This document shows, piece after piece, positions 18,895 through 30,811 of a stretch of DNA of 64,000 nucleotides. The position numbers were made by a program, and so were the translations under genes. This DNA is from Waddliaceae bacterium (GTDB taxonomy: Bacteria; Chlamydiota; Chlamydiia; Chlamydiales; Waddliaceae), in contig CAVRUH010000001.1 of the NCBI GenBank assembly GCA_963724325.1, positions 1,047,178 to 1,111,177 on the forward strand. Reading direction: 5' to 3'. The notes under the pieces are model-generated. The model ran no database searches, had not been told where the DNA came from, and worked only from the letters and a program-made list of their open reading frames with translations. The number at the start of each line of letters is the position of its first letter. Position 1 is the first letter of the stretch.

Positions 18895-20910
18895 TTATTT
18901 TTTGTTTTTTCTCCAGAAGAGCAGGATGCTGCCAAGTGCGACGATAAGTCCTCCGGGGTAGGTTAAAAAATATTTAAGAGGATCGTGATTTACGGCAAGT
19001 TGCACCCTTTTAACGGCAGTTTCATTTTGGGGGGAGATGTTTGATAGATAGAAACGGTAGCCTTCCCAGGTTTCGTGGACACGGTTCATGCTGATTGTTT
19101 TGTCTTCGCCGGAAATTTGCAGATCTGCTTCGTAGCTGAAAGTTTGCGAGGAATTGGCATAATTAATTTGCCTGGCATTTCGAAGTCTTACGCGGTAGGG
19201 TATGGAAAGGCTTTTTGGCTGAAATCGGAAAAGATATTCTCCATCGAGTCCTGGGATTTTAATTCCTGTTCCTACCATGTTATAAACAAGAGAAATATAA
19301 TCGACGTTTGGTCCATTTCGAATTTCTAATGTTATCTTAGGTATGTTTTCTTCAATTTTGTTCATAGGCGGCATGGCTTTGCTACGAAGAGTCAGGGGAG
19401 CTTCAATAAAGACCGCATCGGCTTCGTTCGGAATATTTGGTTTAAAGTCGCCTAAATGGATTTCGCAGGCCCGAAATAAAGCGGATAGAAGCCTCCCTTT
19501 GCGTACTGGCGCCTCATGGGGTGCTGGAAGCATGTTGCCTGCGGCAAATATTTGTTGAGTTATGACGTTTAGGGGATTATCTCCTGCTGGAAGTTGATAT
19601 CCGCTTGATCGAAGAAATTCGATGGGTTCATCATCGACAAATAATTTATCAGCCCAATAGCAGCTGGCCAAAAAAGGAGCCTCAATAACTATTTCGGACT
19701 CTCCCGCGAAAGCTGGACCCTGTTCTGGATAGAGCCAGCATCCAGAGTTATCCCAGTTGACAAGGTATTCAAGACAGGTTTTTGGAAAGTCGGCTCCAGA
19801 TTTTACGCATGCCTGTTTGAGGATTTCCAAAGGCGGCGACAATTCTACATTATTTTCTGATGCATTTCTGAGTTCGCTTTCGATAATTTTGTGTATTTCG
19901 GCCTCGATTTCCTTTCGAGATTTGAGTGAAGTGATTTTTTCTTGCACAGCATAGCCGCCGAAACCTTTATCGTAGACAATGAGAGAATCCAAAGTATTAG
20001 CTCGATACAGGTTTTTTTGGATTTCTCCATGGGCACCATAGAAATAGAGTTGGATATCACCATGCATATCTTGGAAAAATGCTAGTTTAGGCTTGCGTTC
20101 GAGGTCAATGAGAATTTTTGATTTATTTACGAGGGCATTTGGGCCTTGCAGGGCAATGCTGACTCCATCAACAACTAATTCAAGTGAGCCGTAAATTAAA
20201 TCGATATCAATATTTTCTAAATCACCTGTGATGTCTCCCTTGTATATAATTTTTCCTGTGCTCCTTTCTGTAAGGGTGATTGTCAGATCTTTGAAATACT
20301 CTTTTTTGACTTCGTATTCTGTATCGTTCGTCTGACGGTGGATGGCGGACCAACCTTGAGGAACTCCTGTGAGAAAAAGTTGATCGTTTTTGATCCATGT
20401 TTCCATTCTTTCGTAGGCGTTTGGAGCATATTCAACGATTTTTATTTCCAACCCAGGAAAAGGGGAGAGCCTTTTTTCGAGGTCATATTCTCCGTAGATT
20501 ACTCCAAAAGCTTTTTTTGGATCTTTTTTTTCGATTTTAATGACATGAGTATTAGGAAGAAATATTTCCTGGCTTGCACTTCCTTCGGTTACGAGCATAA
20601 TGCCCTGAGTGCCAAAGCAGCTTTTGACCAGGCATCCTGTCAGGATCATCAAGAGGCCCAAATGGGTGGTCAGAAAGGGGATATGTTTCTTCTTGAAGGG
20701 CCATCTTCGCAGGGATGAAAATAGAATATTAATGAAAAATCCCAAAAGCATGACCTTGAATATTGGATTGCTGTAGGTAAGTGCCGCTGCATACAGATGG
20801 GATTCTGTAGCAGATTCGATGAATGTGCCGGCAATGACAAAAAGAGCTGTGGCGGCTATGAGGAAGATGGCGAAGTAAATGCTGCCGAGAAAGTGGTATA
20901 ATCGTCTCAT
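18895..20910 (-). CDS. ResB/Ccs1-like cytochrome c biogenesis membrane protein
   Basis: N-terminal TM helices with GTFIES and THLGLLMIL; C-terminal ISMN...WEGYRFY, VNHDP..LTYPG. Confidence 0.7.
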   Translation of the reverse strand: MRRLYHFLGSIYFAIFLIAATALFVIAGTFIESATESHLYAAALTYSNPIFKVMLLGFFINILFSSLRRWPFKKKHIPFLTTHLGLLMILTGCLVKSCFGTQGIMLVTEGSASQEIFLPNTHVIKIEKKDPKKAFGVIYGEYDLEKRLSPFPGLEIKIVEYAPNAYERMETWIKNDQLFLTGVPQGWSAIHRQTNDTEYEVKKEYFKDLTITLTERSTGKIIYKGDITGDLENIDIDLIYGSLELVVDGVSIALQGPNALVNKSKILIDLERKPKLAFFQDMHGDIQLYFYGAHGEIQKNLYRANTLDSLIVYDKGFGGYAVQEKITSLKSRKEIEAEIHKIIESELRNASENNVELSPPLEILKQACVKSGADFPKTCLEYLVNWDNSGCWLYPEQGPAFAGESEIVIEAPFLASCYWADKLFVDDEPIEFLRSSGYQLPAGDNPLNVITQQIFAAGNMLPAPHEAPVRKGRLLSALFRACEIHLGDFKPNIPNEADAVFIEAPLTLRSKAMPPMNKIEENIPKITLEIRNGPNVDYISLVYNMVGTGIKIPGLDGEYLFRFQPKSLSIPYRVRLRNARQINYANSSQTFSYEADLQISGEDKTISMNRVHETWEGYRFYLSNISPQNETAVKRVQLAVNHDPLKYFLTYPGGLIVALGSILLFWRKNKK

Positions 20911-21488
20911 GATGGTGGAATCTCGTGAATGAGTTCAAAGCTTCGAGCAAAAGATATAATTTCGAGGCGATGCTTTTGGATCAGTTCCTTGGGACCTTGG
21001 GCTTTAATTGTGATATCTGATCGCCATTCCTGTGGTACATCAGGGAGGGTAAGGCGGCTGTATTGTTCTGTCCCTAACTGCATGATCCAACCCATGACCC
21101 CATTCTTTTCATTGCTTGCTTCAAATAGGAAGCCCGCGTAGCCCGAAAATGATTGTGGGGTGATGTATTCCGCTGTCGGAACAATTTGCTGCCTCCAACG
21201 GGCGATTTGGAGCCCTGGTGGGATCCGATCATTGATCTCATAGGATGGAAAATTGTGTATGGTGATTCGGATTTCATCGATATTGAATTCACAAATAGCT
21301 AACGTTGTGTCTGTCGGGGGGGACTTTGGATCGTTTCTGCTCCAGGTGTGTGGAACTTTGATTCTGTATATTGAATCGAAATTTCTACCTCTAAGTTCTT
21401 GATATCGTGATGCATGCGATTCTTCGGGAGACGAACAGCCGCACAACAGAATGATTAAAAGTAATAGCAAAGGTTTCATACTCTGCAA
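20907..21488 (-). CDS. Hypothetical lipoprotein
   Basis: Lipobox-like LLCGC; QIARWRQQ; coupled to the ResB-like gene. Confidence 0.7.
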   Translation of the reverse strand: MQSMKPLLLLLIILLCGCSSPEESHASRYQELRGRNFDSIYRIKVPHTWSRNDPKSPPTDTTLAICEFNIDEIRITIHNFPSYEINDRIPPGLQIARWRQQIVPTAEYITPQSFSGYAGFLFEASNEKNGVMGWIMQLGTEQYSRLTLPDVPQEWRSDITIKAQGPKELIQKHRLEIISFARSFELIHEIPPS

Positions 21489-21566
21489 AGCATATCAAAT
21501 TTGACAAAATAAATACCTTTAAAATTATTCATACTTAGGGTAAATCTCGATTGATAGGAGAATTGC

Positions 21567-24209
21567 ATGTCATACCTTGACGGACTAAACGATAATTTGC
21601 CTCTGCTGGAAGATTTGTATGAAAAATACCTGCAAGATCCAAGTTCTATAGATCCTTCGTGGCATCCCTATTTCGATCATATGGATGTGGTCGCTTATCG
21701 CGAGGTTTCGGCTGATATTCGGATTCGCGATTTGATCAATGCGTATCGTACCTATGGCCATCTTGAGGCTAAGTTCAATCCAATTGAAATAAAATCACGG
21801 GAAAAATCGCCTGAACTAAGTCTGGAACATTTAGGATTCAGCACAAGTGAGCTTGGTGAAACATTTCCTACTAATGGACTGATGGAACATCCTACGGCAA
21901 CTCTCCAGGAAATTATCGATTCTCTACGCAAAGTATACTGTGCAAATATCGGCATAGAATATACCCCTTCGGAGGAACTTAATGCATGGTTGCAACACCG
22001 CTTTGAGCAGCATCCACAAAGCAGTCTTACCATTGAACAGAAGAAAATGCTTCTGCAGCATCTCAATAAGTCAGAGCTGTTCGAAGTCTTTTTGCATACA
22101 AAATACGTTGGACAGAAACGATTTTCACTTGAAGGGGCAGAAACGCTCATTCCTATGTTGGCTGCAGCTATCGATTTGGGTTCACTTCTTGGTATTGAAG
22201 ATTTCGTCTTGGGGATGCCTCATCGAGGCCGTCTAAATGTTCTGTGTAATATCCTAGATAAATCATATTCGACTATTTTTGCTGAATTCGATGAGGGCTA
22301 TATACCAGTCTCATTTGAGGGGAGCGGCGATGTAAAATATCACAAAGGATTTTTCTCCAGCTACGAGACCATGCATGGAAAAAATGTGAATGTCTCATTG
22401 ACTCCGAACCCGAGCCATCTAGAATCAGTAGATCCCGTTGTCGAGGGAATTGCTCGAGCCAAACAAACCTTAAAAAACAAAAAAAAAGTCATACCCGTTT
22501 TAATTCATGGAGATGCCGCAATTGCTGCTCAGGGAGTAGTCTACGAAACCCTGCAAATGTACAATCTCGATGGATTTTCCACCGGTGGAACAATCCATTT
22601 CGTGGTAAACAATCAAATTGGGTTCACAACAAATCCAAAAGATGGTCGCTCAACTCGCTACTGCACAGATATCGCTAAAGCTTTCGGAGCCCCAGTATTC
22701 CATGTCAATGCTGAAAATCCCGAATCGTGTGTTTTCGTGACCAATTTAGCTGTAGAAATTCGACAAAAATTTAACTGTGATGTATTCATCGACTTGAACT
22801 GCTATAGAAAATATGGCCATAACGAATCGGATGAACCGGCTTTTACACAGCCTCTGGAATATAAATTGATTCGAGAAAAGCGTCCAATACGAGAAGTGTA
22901 TCGCGATGCACTTATTCAAGAAAATATCCTGGAAAAGAAAATCGTTGATGCGTTTGAAGAAGAATTTAAAGAATCCTTGCAAACACAAATGGCAATCAAA
23001 AATGAAGAAAAAGCTGCAAAAGATGTTATAGAAAAAACAGCTCGAAAACCGGAAATATCGAAACAAATACTGCTCGATGTTACAAAAGCATTGTCACATC
23101 TCCCTGAAGGATTTAGTATTCACCCAAAGCTCGATCGTCTCGTTAAAGAACGCCTCGCCATGGTAGAAGAAGATAAACCAATCGACTGGGGGATGGCTGA
23201 GACATTAGCTTACGGTACCATACTTTGGGAAGGGGGCAATATCCGCATCAGCGGCCAAGATGTCTGCCGTGGAACATTCAGCCACCGTCATGCCCTATGG
23301 ATGGATCAAGTCAAAGAACAAGCTTACTTTCCACTACAACATCTTAAACCAAATCAAGGTCGTTTTGATATTTATAATTCACCCCTGACTGAATATGCCG
23401 GCCTCGGTTTTGAATACGGATACAGTTTGGTCTCGCCAGATGATTTAGTCATCTGGGAGGCACAGTTCGGTGATTTTTGTAATGGCGCCCAAATTACCAT
23501 AGATCAATATATCTCTTCCGGAGAACAAAAATGGGGACATAAAAATTCTATAGTTATGCTCTTGCCACATGGCTATGAAGGGCAAGGTCCCGAACATTCA
23601 TCGGGTCGGATGGAACGCTTTTTGACCCTTTGCGGAAACAATAACATGCGGATTGTTTATCCAACTCTTCCTGCTCAAATCTTTCACGTACTTCACCGCC
23701 AAATCGAAAGCGCAGAACTAAAACCACTCATTGTATTTACTCCAAAAGGTCTCTTAAGACATCCAGAATGCATCAGCAAAGTCGACGACCTCATTAAAGG
23801 TTCCTTTGAAGAAATTATAGATGATCCTTTACACCCCAGAAATGCAAAACATGCAATCTTTTGTACCGGAAGAATTTATTACGATCTTCTCGCAGAAAGA
23901 TCCAAACGAAAGCTAGACAACCTAGCCATTATCCGTATTGAGCAACTCTATCCATTAAATATGGAAAAAATTAAAGAGATCTTAAAGCAATATACCCAAG
24001 CAGATCGATTCACCTGGGCCCAGGAAGAGCCAAAAAACATGGGAGCCTGGTCCTTTATTCATCCCTATTTGCAATCATTGATGCCCAAAATCGAATACAC
24101 AGGTCGTGATTTCAGCGCCTCGCCTGCTGCCGGCTCATACTATTTGCACAAAAAAGAGTATGCGGCAATCATGCAAAAAATATTTAACGATTCGGAACAA
24201 AAAAAATGA
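21567..24209 (+). CDS. sucA: 2-oxoglutarate dehydrogenase E1
   Basis: [46 protein letters not shown]. Confidence 0.97.
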   Translation: MSYLDGLNDNLPLLEDLYEKYLQDPSSIDPSWHPYFDHMDVVAYREVSADIRIRDLINAYRTYGHLEAKFNPIEIKSREKSPELSLEHLGFSTSELGETFPTNGLMEHPTATLQEIIDSLRKVYCANIGIEYTPSEELNAWLQHRFEQHPQSSLTIEQKKMLLQHLNKSELFEVFLHTKYVGQKRFSLEGAETLIPMLAAAIDLGSLLGIEDFVLGMPHRGRLNVLCNILDKSYSTIFAEFDEGYIPVSFEGSGDVKYHKGFFSSYETMHGKNVNVSLTPNPSHLESVDPVVEGIARAKQTLKNKKKVIPVLIHGDAAIAAQGVVYETLQMYNLDGFSTGGTIHFVVNNQIGFTTNPKDGRSTRYCTDIAKAFGAPVFHVNAENPESCVFVTNLAVEIRQKFNCDVFIDLNCYRKYGHNESDEPAFTQPLEYKLIREKRPIREVYRDALIQENILEKKIVDAFEEEFKESLQTQMAIKNEEKAAKDVIEKTARKPEISKQILLDVTKALSHLPEGFSIHPKLDRLVKERLAMVEEDKPIDWGMAETLAYGTILWEGGNIRISGQDVCRGTFSHRHALWMDQVKEQAYFPLQHLKPNQGRFDIYNSPLTEYAGLGFEYGYSLVSPDDLVIWEAQFGDFCNGAQITIDQYISSGEQKWGHKNSIVMLLPHGYEGQGPEHSSGRMERFLTLCGNNNMRIVYPTLPAQIFHVLHRQIESAELKPLIVFTPKGLLRHPECISKVDDLIKGSFEEIIDDPLHPRNAKHAIFCTGRIYYDLLAERSKRKLDNLAIIRIEQLYPLNMEKIKEILKQYTQADRFTWAQEEPKNMGAWSFIHPYLQSLMPKIEYTGRDFSASPAAGSYYLHKKEYAAIMQKIFNDSEQKK

Positions 24210-25309
24210 AAATAGAAATCAAAATACCAGCTATGGGAGAATCCATCTCCGAAGCAACCATCGGAACACTACTAAAAGCCTCCGGTTCAAAAGTCGCCAT
24301 GGATGAAGAGGTCCTAGAACTAGAAACCGATAAAGTAAACCAAGTTCTCCATGCCCCGCAAGCAGGTATTTTTACAGCAACAGTCAAAACCGGTGATATT
24401 GTCAAAATTGGTCAAGTGGTCGGCTTCGTCGATACCGAAGGGGCTCCTGTTGAAGCTCCAAAACCTGAAAAAATTGTTCCTCCACCTCCCCCTCCAGTTG
24501 TTCCAAAAGCAATAGCAGGCACTGCCAGATATTCAAAAGAATCCTTTGTAGCGGATCTTAAAAAACCGCCAAAAACAGCGGCGACTCCAAAACCAGCTCC
24601 TGTCACCAATGGTCGCGAAACACGGCGTCCCATGTCGAAAATCCGAAAAGTAATCGCAAGCAGGCTCTTAGATGCGCAACAAACTACTGCAATGCTCACA
24701 ACTTTTAACGAGGTGGATATGAGCGCTGTCATCGAAATGCGAAATAAATACAAAGATCTCTTCCAAAAAGAACATGGTGTCAAATTGGGATTCATGTCCT
24801 TCTTTGTGAAAGCAGTCGTTTCTGCTCTTCAAGCCGTTCCAGGCATCAACTCCTACATCGATGGCGAAGATTTGGTCCATCGTGACTACTACGATATCGG
24901 CGTCGCCGTTGGGACCGACCGAGGTGTTTTTGTGCCAGTCGTCAGAAACTGCGATCAATTTTCCTATGCAGATATCGAACGTTCCATCGAAGGATACGCA
25001 AAAAAAGCCCGCGAAGGAAAATTGGTGGTTGATGATTTACAAGGGGGTGGCTTCACCATCACGAATGGCGGCGTCTATGGATCCCTCCTTTCAACACCAA
25101 TTTTGAACCCCCCTCAAAGTGGAATATTGGGAATGCACAACATCCAAAAGCGTGCTATCGTTATCAAAGACGAAATTGTCATTCGTCCAATGATGTACCT
25201 TGCCCTCAGCTACGATCACCGCGTAGTCGATGGAAAAGAGGCCGTGACTTTTTTGGTGCATGTCAAAGAATATCTCGAAGATCCATCCCGATTTCTTTTG
25301 GGGGTGTAA
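24206..25309 (+). CDS. sucB: Dihydrolipoamide succinyltransferase E2
   Basis: Lipoyl [22 protein letters not shown]. Confidence 0.97.
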   Translation: MKIEIKIPAMGESISEATIGTLLKASGSKVAMDEEVLELETDKVNQVLHAPQAGIFTATVKTGDIVKIGQVVGFVDTEGAPVEAPKPEKIVPPPPPPVVPKAIAGTARYSKESFVADLKKPPKTAATPKPAPVTNGRETRRPMSKIRKVIASRLLDAQQTTAMLTTFNEVDMSAVIEMRNKYKDLFQKEHGVKLGFMSFFVKAVVSALQAVPGINSYIDGEDLVHRDYYDIGVAVGTDRGVFVPVVRNCDQFSYADIERSIEGYAKKAREGKLVVDDLQGGGFTITNGGVYGSLLSTPILNPPQSGILGMHNIQKRAIVIKDEIVIRPMMYLALSYDHRVVDGKEAVTFLVHVKEYLEDPSRFLLGV

Positions 25310-25310
25310 A

Positions 25311-26684
25311 GTGAAGGAATACGATGTCATTGTCATCGGAGCAGGGCCCGGAGGATATATTGCAGCAATCCGTGCTGCAGAACTAGGTTTAAAAACTGCC
25401 TGCGTCGATAAAGGAAAAACACTCGGAGGCACCTGCGTCAATGTCGGCTGCATCCCTTCAAAAGCACTTCTACATACATCTGAAAACTACTATTTTATGA
25501 AAAACGAAAGCGCCGAAATTGGAATCACATTCTCTGATGTGAATTTTAACTTCGACAAAATTATGCAACACAAAACCGAAGTCGTCGACGGTCTATGCAA
25601 ATCCGTAGAAGGGCTCTTTAAAAATAACAAAATCGATCGAATCCAAGGGACGGCACAATTCATCAATCCCAACACCATTCAAGTTGAAAATGAACAACTT
25701 TCTGCAAAAAACTTTATCCTCGCAACAGGTTCCGAACCAATCCCTCTTCCTTTTGCACCTTTTGACGAAAAAATAATCGTTTCCTCAACCGGCGCTCTAA
25801 GTCTTAAACAAGTGCCCAAAGATATGGTCGTGATTGGAGCAGGTGTTATCGGCGTCGAACTTGCCTCAGTATATTCACGACTAGGCAGCCGCGTAACTGT
25901 TGTCGAAATGCTCGATAAAATAACCCCAGCCTTCGAGGATGCCCTGAGCCGAGCCCTTCTACAATCTCTCAAAAAACAAGGCATTACCTTTCATCTCGCT
26001 GCCAAAGTGACCAAAATTGAATCCAAGCAAGTCTATTTTGAGGTCAATAATGAAGCTTTGACACTTCCCGCCGATGTTGTCCTAGTTGCCATCGGAAGAC
26101 GTCCCTATACCAAAGGTCTTGGACTAGATAAAATTGGCGTAGAGAAGACAGAAAAAGGATTTGTTGTCATTAATGCAAATTTTCAAACAAATATTCCAAA
26201 CATCTATGCCATTGGAGACATCGTAGATGGCCCAATGCTGGCTCACAAAGCTTCAGACGAAGGGATAGCTGTCGCCGAAATCATCGCCGGTCTCACTCCA
26301 AAGGTCAATTATGCAAATATTCCCAACGTGGTATACACCTTCCCCGAACTAGCTTCCACAGGCCTGACTGAGGCAGAGGCAATAGCGATGAAACTGAGTG
26401 TCATTATAGGTACAACATACTACAAAGGCAACCCCCGCGCCCGCTGCAGCAACTACAAAGATGGTATTGTAAAAGTAATTGGCGACGCCTCCACAGGTCG
26501 ATTGCTTGGAGTCCACATCTTCGGCGCCCACGCCTCAGAGATGATCGGAGAAGCCGTCGTTGCCCTTCAAAAACAAGCATCCCTAAAAGACCTCGCAGAT
26601 ACCTCGCACGCTCATCCCACCCTCAGCGAATCCATCAGAGATGCATGTCATCAGGCTTATCAATCTTATCAAGCTAAGAATTAA
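25311..26684 (+). CDS. lpdA: Dihydrolipoamide dehydrogenase
   Basis: GAGPGGY, GGTCVNVGCIPSK, HAHPTLSE; probable GTG start just after the sucB stop. Confidence 0.97.
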   Translation: MKEYDVIVIGAGPGGYIAAIRAAELGLKTACVDKGKTLGGTCVNVGCIPSKALLHTSENYYFMKNESAEIGITFSDVNFNFDKIMQHKTEVVDGLCKSVEGLFKNNKIDRIQGTAQFINPNTIQVENEQLSAKNFILATGSEPIPLPFAPFDEKIIVSSTGALSLKQVPKDMVVIGAGVIGVELASVYSRLGSRVTVVEMLDKITPAFEDALSRALLQSLKKQGITFHLAAKVTKIESKQVYFEVNNEALTLPADVVLVAIGRRPYTKGLGLDKIGVEKTEKGFVVINANFQTNIPNIYAIGDIVDGPMLAHKASDEGIAVAEIIAGLTPKVNYANIPNVVYTFPELASTGLTEAEAIAMKLSVIIGTTYYKGNPRARCSNYKDGIVKVIGDASTGRLLGVHIFGAHASEMIGEAVVALQKQASLKDLADTSHAHPTLSESIRDACHQAYQSYQAKN

Positions 26685-27037
26685 CAGGATATGCAGGCAA
26701 ATGCATCAACATAAAATATCTTTGATTAAGGAGAACACAGAAAACATAAGAGAGATCATTGATATCTTGTTATTTCTCTAACAAAAAAACAGGATATGCA
26801 AGATCGCAAGCGGCAGGATATGAATGATTTATGCAACTTCTTACCTTGCTTTATAATAAAAAGTAATTGACATGATCTTCCTATAATCCTTCCTAACCCA
26901 TATGCATCAACTTAAAAAAAATAACACCGAGTTGACAGAGAAAACAGAAGGAGCACAGAGCTATTTTATACTCAATGACCTCTCTTGTGTCCTCTCGTGT
27001 TCTCTGTGGTAAAAAATATTTTAGGTTGATGGGTATG
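26683..27037. repeat. Mosaic of family A arms, an inverted half family B element, one diverged copy of the 164-bp array unit and a full family B element (26899-27037)
   Basis: Direct comparison with 47981-48144 and 61360-61501. Confidence 0.8.
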
Positions 27038-27084
27038 GAGGCATGATAAGAGAGGAGAAGTATGAAACAGTCCTGCCTTTTTAA

Positions 27085-28488
27085 TCAATAGTATATAAAT
27101 ACCTGGTTTATTTCCATGGTAAATGTAATTTTTAAAATTGTATTATCAAAAAAATCAAAACTATCTTTATTAATTTTTTTGAAGTCTTCCGAATATGCTC
27201 CCATTTCCTTTACGACCTCATTATAAAATTTCACCTTTAATTTATCTTGGTTATTTTTGTCGTCTTCGTCCGCAAGTTTTAACAAAATATCATATGAATC
27301 CGGCGCAAGTGACTGAAAGTTTTTAATCTCATCTTCGTTAAGTTTTCCCATGTCCTCTTTCAGGTCTTTGCTTACACAAGCGATCACTAGTGCCGCTTTA
27401 ACTGCTTCCTTCGGGAAAACATCCTCTTCTTCATCAAAAATTAGATGTGCCTGACGTATTGATTCAAAAAAACTAATTTCTCGAAATAGAACATTCAGAG
27501 TCTTCAAATTTAGAGGGTTTAAATCTATTTCATGCTTTTTCAATTCAATTGCAAATTGAACAAATAATTCTAACTTTAATTTATCTTGATTATTTTTGTC
27601 GTCTTCACCCGCAAGGTTTACCAAAATTTCATATGACCTCGGTAAAATCGACTTAAAGTTATCGAGATGTTCTTGTTTAATTTTTTCCATGTCAGCTTCA
27701 AGGTCCTTGCTATCACAAGCAATCAATGCGTCCTTTTGAGTTTCAGTGAGTGATTCTATGAGTTCTTCCAGGGGTTCTTCCTGTTCCTGTAGAAATTCTT
27801 TATCTCTAGATGCCTCAAGTACTTGATTGAAAAATGTAAGTTTTGATAGTAGACTGCTCAAAGCAATTGTCTCATTTTGCTTGCCGGCTAACTTAAGCTT
27901 TAACCTTTCCATTGAATACTCAAAAAAGAATTCTAATTTTAATTTATCCTGTTTATTTTTGTCGTTCTCATTCGCAAGTTTTAACAAAATCTTATATGAC
28001 TTTGGCATATTTGACTTAATGTTTTTGATCTCATCTTTATTAAGAATTTTCATTTCACTTTTAAGGTCTGTGCTATCAGAAGCTGTTATAATTACCCTCG
28101 GAGCATTTGAAAAGAAGTTCTCTTTAAATTCTTTGACATCAAATTTGCCTCCAAAAAACCTTCGTAGAGCCGTAAGAAATTTTAAGACAGTACCTTTTAA
28201 GCTTTTTTCCTTACTGAGATCTATATTCCCTTGCTCATTTAATGTGGCTATAAATTTCTTTGCCCGCTCAATTGTAGGATTGGTTGTGCTAGAATCTTTC
28301 ATTAATTCATAAAATTTCTTAGCAATGTCTTTTAGTGCGACATCTCCCGTTAGTCCACGATGACCCGACGCCCCTTCAACGAATCTTCTTCCACCCATTT
28401 TTCCGATTTTTGGTTGTATATCTTTCAATAAATTATTAAAATCAACCATTGTATCGCATTTGTTGATTGCATCTTTAATTGTTGTCAT
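27085..28488 (-). CDS. Effector-like protein, type A (three C-terminal helical modules)
   Basis: MTTIKDAINK...PKIGKMGGRRF N-terminus; three copies of A.DS.DLK.DM.K...SY.IL..LA.E.DKN.QDKLK. Confidence 0.8.
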   Translation of the reverse strand: MTTIKDAINKCDTMVDFNNLLKDIQPKIGKMGGRRFVEGASGHRGLTGDVALKDIAKKFYELMKDSSTTNPTIERAKKFIATLNEQGNIDLSKEKSLKGTVLKFLTALRRFFGGKFDVKEFKENFFSNAPRVIITASDSTDLKSEMKILNKDEIKNIKSNMPKSYKILLKLANENDKNKQDKLKLEFFFEYSMERLKLKLAGKQNETIALSSLLSKLTFFNQVLEASRDKEFLQEQEEPLEELIESLTETQKDALIACDSKDLEADMEKIKQEHLDNFKSILPRSYEILVNLAGEDDKNNQDKLKLELFVQFAIELKKHEIDLNPLNLKTLNVLFREISFFESIRQAHLIFDEEEDVFPKEAVKAALVIACVSKDLKEDMGKLNEDEIKNFQSLAPDSYDILLKLADEDDKNNQDKLKVKFYNEVVKEMGAYSEDFKKINKDSFDFFDNTILKITFTMEINQVFIYY

Positions 28489-28640
28489 AAAAATATCCTC
28501 TGATAAACTATTTAATTTTCTTATCTATTTGTTATTAAAGCATTATTTTTATTTTGAGTCAAACACAAAAACGGTTGCCCCCTGCCTTCGATTTGGGACA
28601 AAGCGGGGGTCATGCCAAATGGGATACGGAATGGCATGAT

Positions 28641-29405
28641 TTATGCTGATTCTGTGACAAAGCCGTCAAGTAAATTAGATAAATTATCACTTAAAAATTT
28701 GACATTATCCAGATATTTTAAATGTGATTGAAGTGCTTCAAATTTTTCCTTTGCCTCATCTGGGTGTTTGGTACTATAAATGCCAATTTTTACATATAGT
28801 TCAATGACAAGCTCAATTACAAATTCTTCTTTTAATTTATTTATCTTGTTTACATCACTTTCATTTGCAAGTTTTGATAATGCACTATAACTGTTTGGAA
28901 TACCATTTTTAATGATATTTATTTGATCCTTACTCAGTTTACTCAAATCTTCTTTAAGTTGTGATGTGTCAGCATCTAGTATCATTGCTTTTTCACCAGG
29001 TGTAAATGAATCTAAATAGAACTTTTTGATTTCAAATTTTCCTCCAAAAACTCTTTTTATTGCAGTTAGAAATCTGATGCAAAAACCTTTAAAGCCCCTT
29101 ATTTCGCTAAGTTTTTCATTTGCATCTACATCAAATTTTTGTATAGACATTCTTGCTTTCTGTATTGCAGTCTCGTCTGTGTTTGGTTTTTTCATTAATT
29201 CCTGAAACTTCTTTGCAATGTCTTTTATTGCAACATCACCTGTTATCCTTTGCCTACCAGCCACTTCATTTGCATTGTTAGAGCCACTGTCTACTACGAT
29301 CCTTCTTCCACCCAATTTGCCGATTTTAGGTGTTAAATTTTCCAATAACTCACCCAGTTCTTCAATTGATTCAAAACTATTTAGTACTGCTCTAATTGTT
29401 GTCAT
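28641..29405 (-). CDS. Effector-like protein, type B1 (one module)
   Basis: MTTIRAVLN...PKIGKLGGRR; paralogous to neighbours; AGAGG RBS. Confidence 0.8.
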   Translation of the reverse strand: MTTIRAVLNSFESIEELGELLENLTPKIGKLGGRRIVVDSGSNNANEVAGRQRITGDVAIKDIAKKFQELMKKPNTDETAIQKARMSIQKFDVDANEKLSEIRGFKGFCIRFLTAIKRVFGGKFEIKKFYLDSFTPGEKAMILDADTSQLKEDLSKLSKDQINIIKNGIPNSYSALSKLANESDVNKINKLKEEFVIELVIELYVKIGIYSTKHPDEAKEKFEALQSHLKYLDNVKFLSDNLSNLLDGFVTESA

Positions 29406-29527
29406 AAAAACCTCTTGATATAAATTATTTAACTCACATTTCTAATTGCTATTAGCACTTTGCACATATTGTAACCCAATAGCGCACTTCAACTTTAATT
29501 TATCCTGTTTATTTTTTGAGTCAACCA

Positions 29528-30295
29528 TTAAGAATTTTTAAGGTGATCATAGCCATTTAGAAAATTATTTATATTATTATAAATAAATTTGACCTCGTCC
29601 AGTGGCTCTAAACACTGAATAGTTGGTTGTAGTCTTTCCTTCGCCTCAACCTTGTCTTTGTCATTATAATAACCACTTTTTACACAAAGTTCAATGACAA
29701 GCTCAATTACAAATTCTTCTTTTAATTTGTTTATCTTGTTTACATCGCTTTCATTTGCAAGTTTTGATAATGCACTATAACTGTTTGGAATACCATTTTT
29801 AATGATATTTATTTCATCTTTACTCAGTTTACTCAAATCTTCTTTAAGTTGTGATGTGTCAGCAACTAGTATCATTGCTTTTTCACCAGGTGTAAATGAA
29901 TCTAAATAGAACTTTTTGATATCAAATTTTCCTCCAAAAACTCTTTTTATTGCTGTTAGAAATCTGATGCAAAAACCTTTAAAGCCCCTTATTTTGCTAA
30001 GTTTTTCATTTGCATCTACATCAAATTTTTGTATAGATATTCTTGCTTTCTGTATTGCAGTCTCGTCTGTGTGGGGTTTTTTCATTAATTCCTGAAACTT
30101 CTTTGCAATGTCTTTTATTGCAACATCACCTGTTATCCTTTGCGTACCAGCAACTTCACTTACATAGTTATAGCCACTGTCTACTACGATCCTTCTTCCA
30201 CCCAATTTGCCGATTTTAGGTTTTAAATTTTCCAATAAAACACCTAGTTCTTCAATTGATTCAAAACTATTTAGTACAGCTTTAATTGTTGTCAT
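29528..30295 (-). CDS. Effector-like protein, type B2
   Basis: Start moved to the MTTIK ATG (AGAGG RBS, alignment with the 28641 paralogue). Confidence 0.8.
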   Translation of the reverse strand: MTTIKAVLNSFESIEELGVLLENLKPKIGKLGGRRIVVDSGYNYVSEVAGTQRITGDVAIKDIAKKFQELMKKPHTDETAIQKARISIQKFDVDANEKLSKIRGFKGFCIRFLTAIKRVFGGKFDIKKFYLDSFTPGEKAMILVADTSQLKEDLSKLSKDEINIIKNGIPNSYSALSKLANESDVNKINKLKEEFVIELVIELCVKSGYYNDKDKVEAKERLQPTIQCLEPLDEVKFIYNNINNFLNGYDHLKNS

Positions 30296-30391
30296 AAAAA
30301 CCTCTTGATATAAATTATTTAACTCACATGTCAAATTGCTATTAGAACATAGCACATATGAGTCGAGTATATATATGCTCACACATATGAG

Positions 30392-30811
30392 TCAACAACG
30401 AAAAATTGTTTGTTGAAAAAAGGGCTTGGCAATCGGACATTTGATCGAATCAAATATCCGGATGCCAAGCCCTTTTCTTGCCCGTACCCAAATTTGTGCA
30501 TCCCGTGGGGATGCCTTCAATAATAGCCCATGATGTAGCGCTGTAAGCGCAAATCGTGGGTCAATGCAAAAAATAACCTTTGCCGCGTAGCGGCACCTAA
30601 TATAAGATAAATAGCCGCTACGCAGCTTGGGATATATTGTGGCATTACCCATGATTTGCGCTTACAGCGCTACATCATGGGCTATTATTGAAAATAATCC
30701 CTACGGGATAAAGGGCAAGAAATTCCACCAGCAAAAGGTGTCAGGCTTGGCATTCGGACATTTGATCGAATCAAATGTCCGAATGCCAAGCCTGAACCTT
30801 GAGCAAAAGTG
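30392..30811. repeat. Palindromic cassette: hairpin C (30421-30473), ~210-bp palindrome D (30500-30709), hairpin C (30741-30795)
   Basis: C = GGCTTGGCA.TCGGACATTTGATCGAATCAAATGTCCG.ATGCCAAGCC; D has AATAATAGCCCATGATGTAGCGCTGTAAGCG arms ending in TCCCTACGGGAT. Confidence 0.9.

Noticed and set aside
29442..29528. 28-aa ORF MVDSKNKQDKLKLK... on the minus strand, resembling the effector module
   Set aside because: Too short, not conserved at the paralogous site near 35460; probably a module remnant or promoter sequence
30296..30382. 29-aa N-terminal extensions (MSIYILDSY...) on three B genes
   Set aside because: Absent from the 28641 paralogue; the region holds promoter-like motifs and the RBS lies just before MTTI
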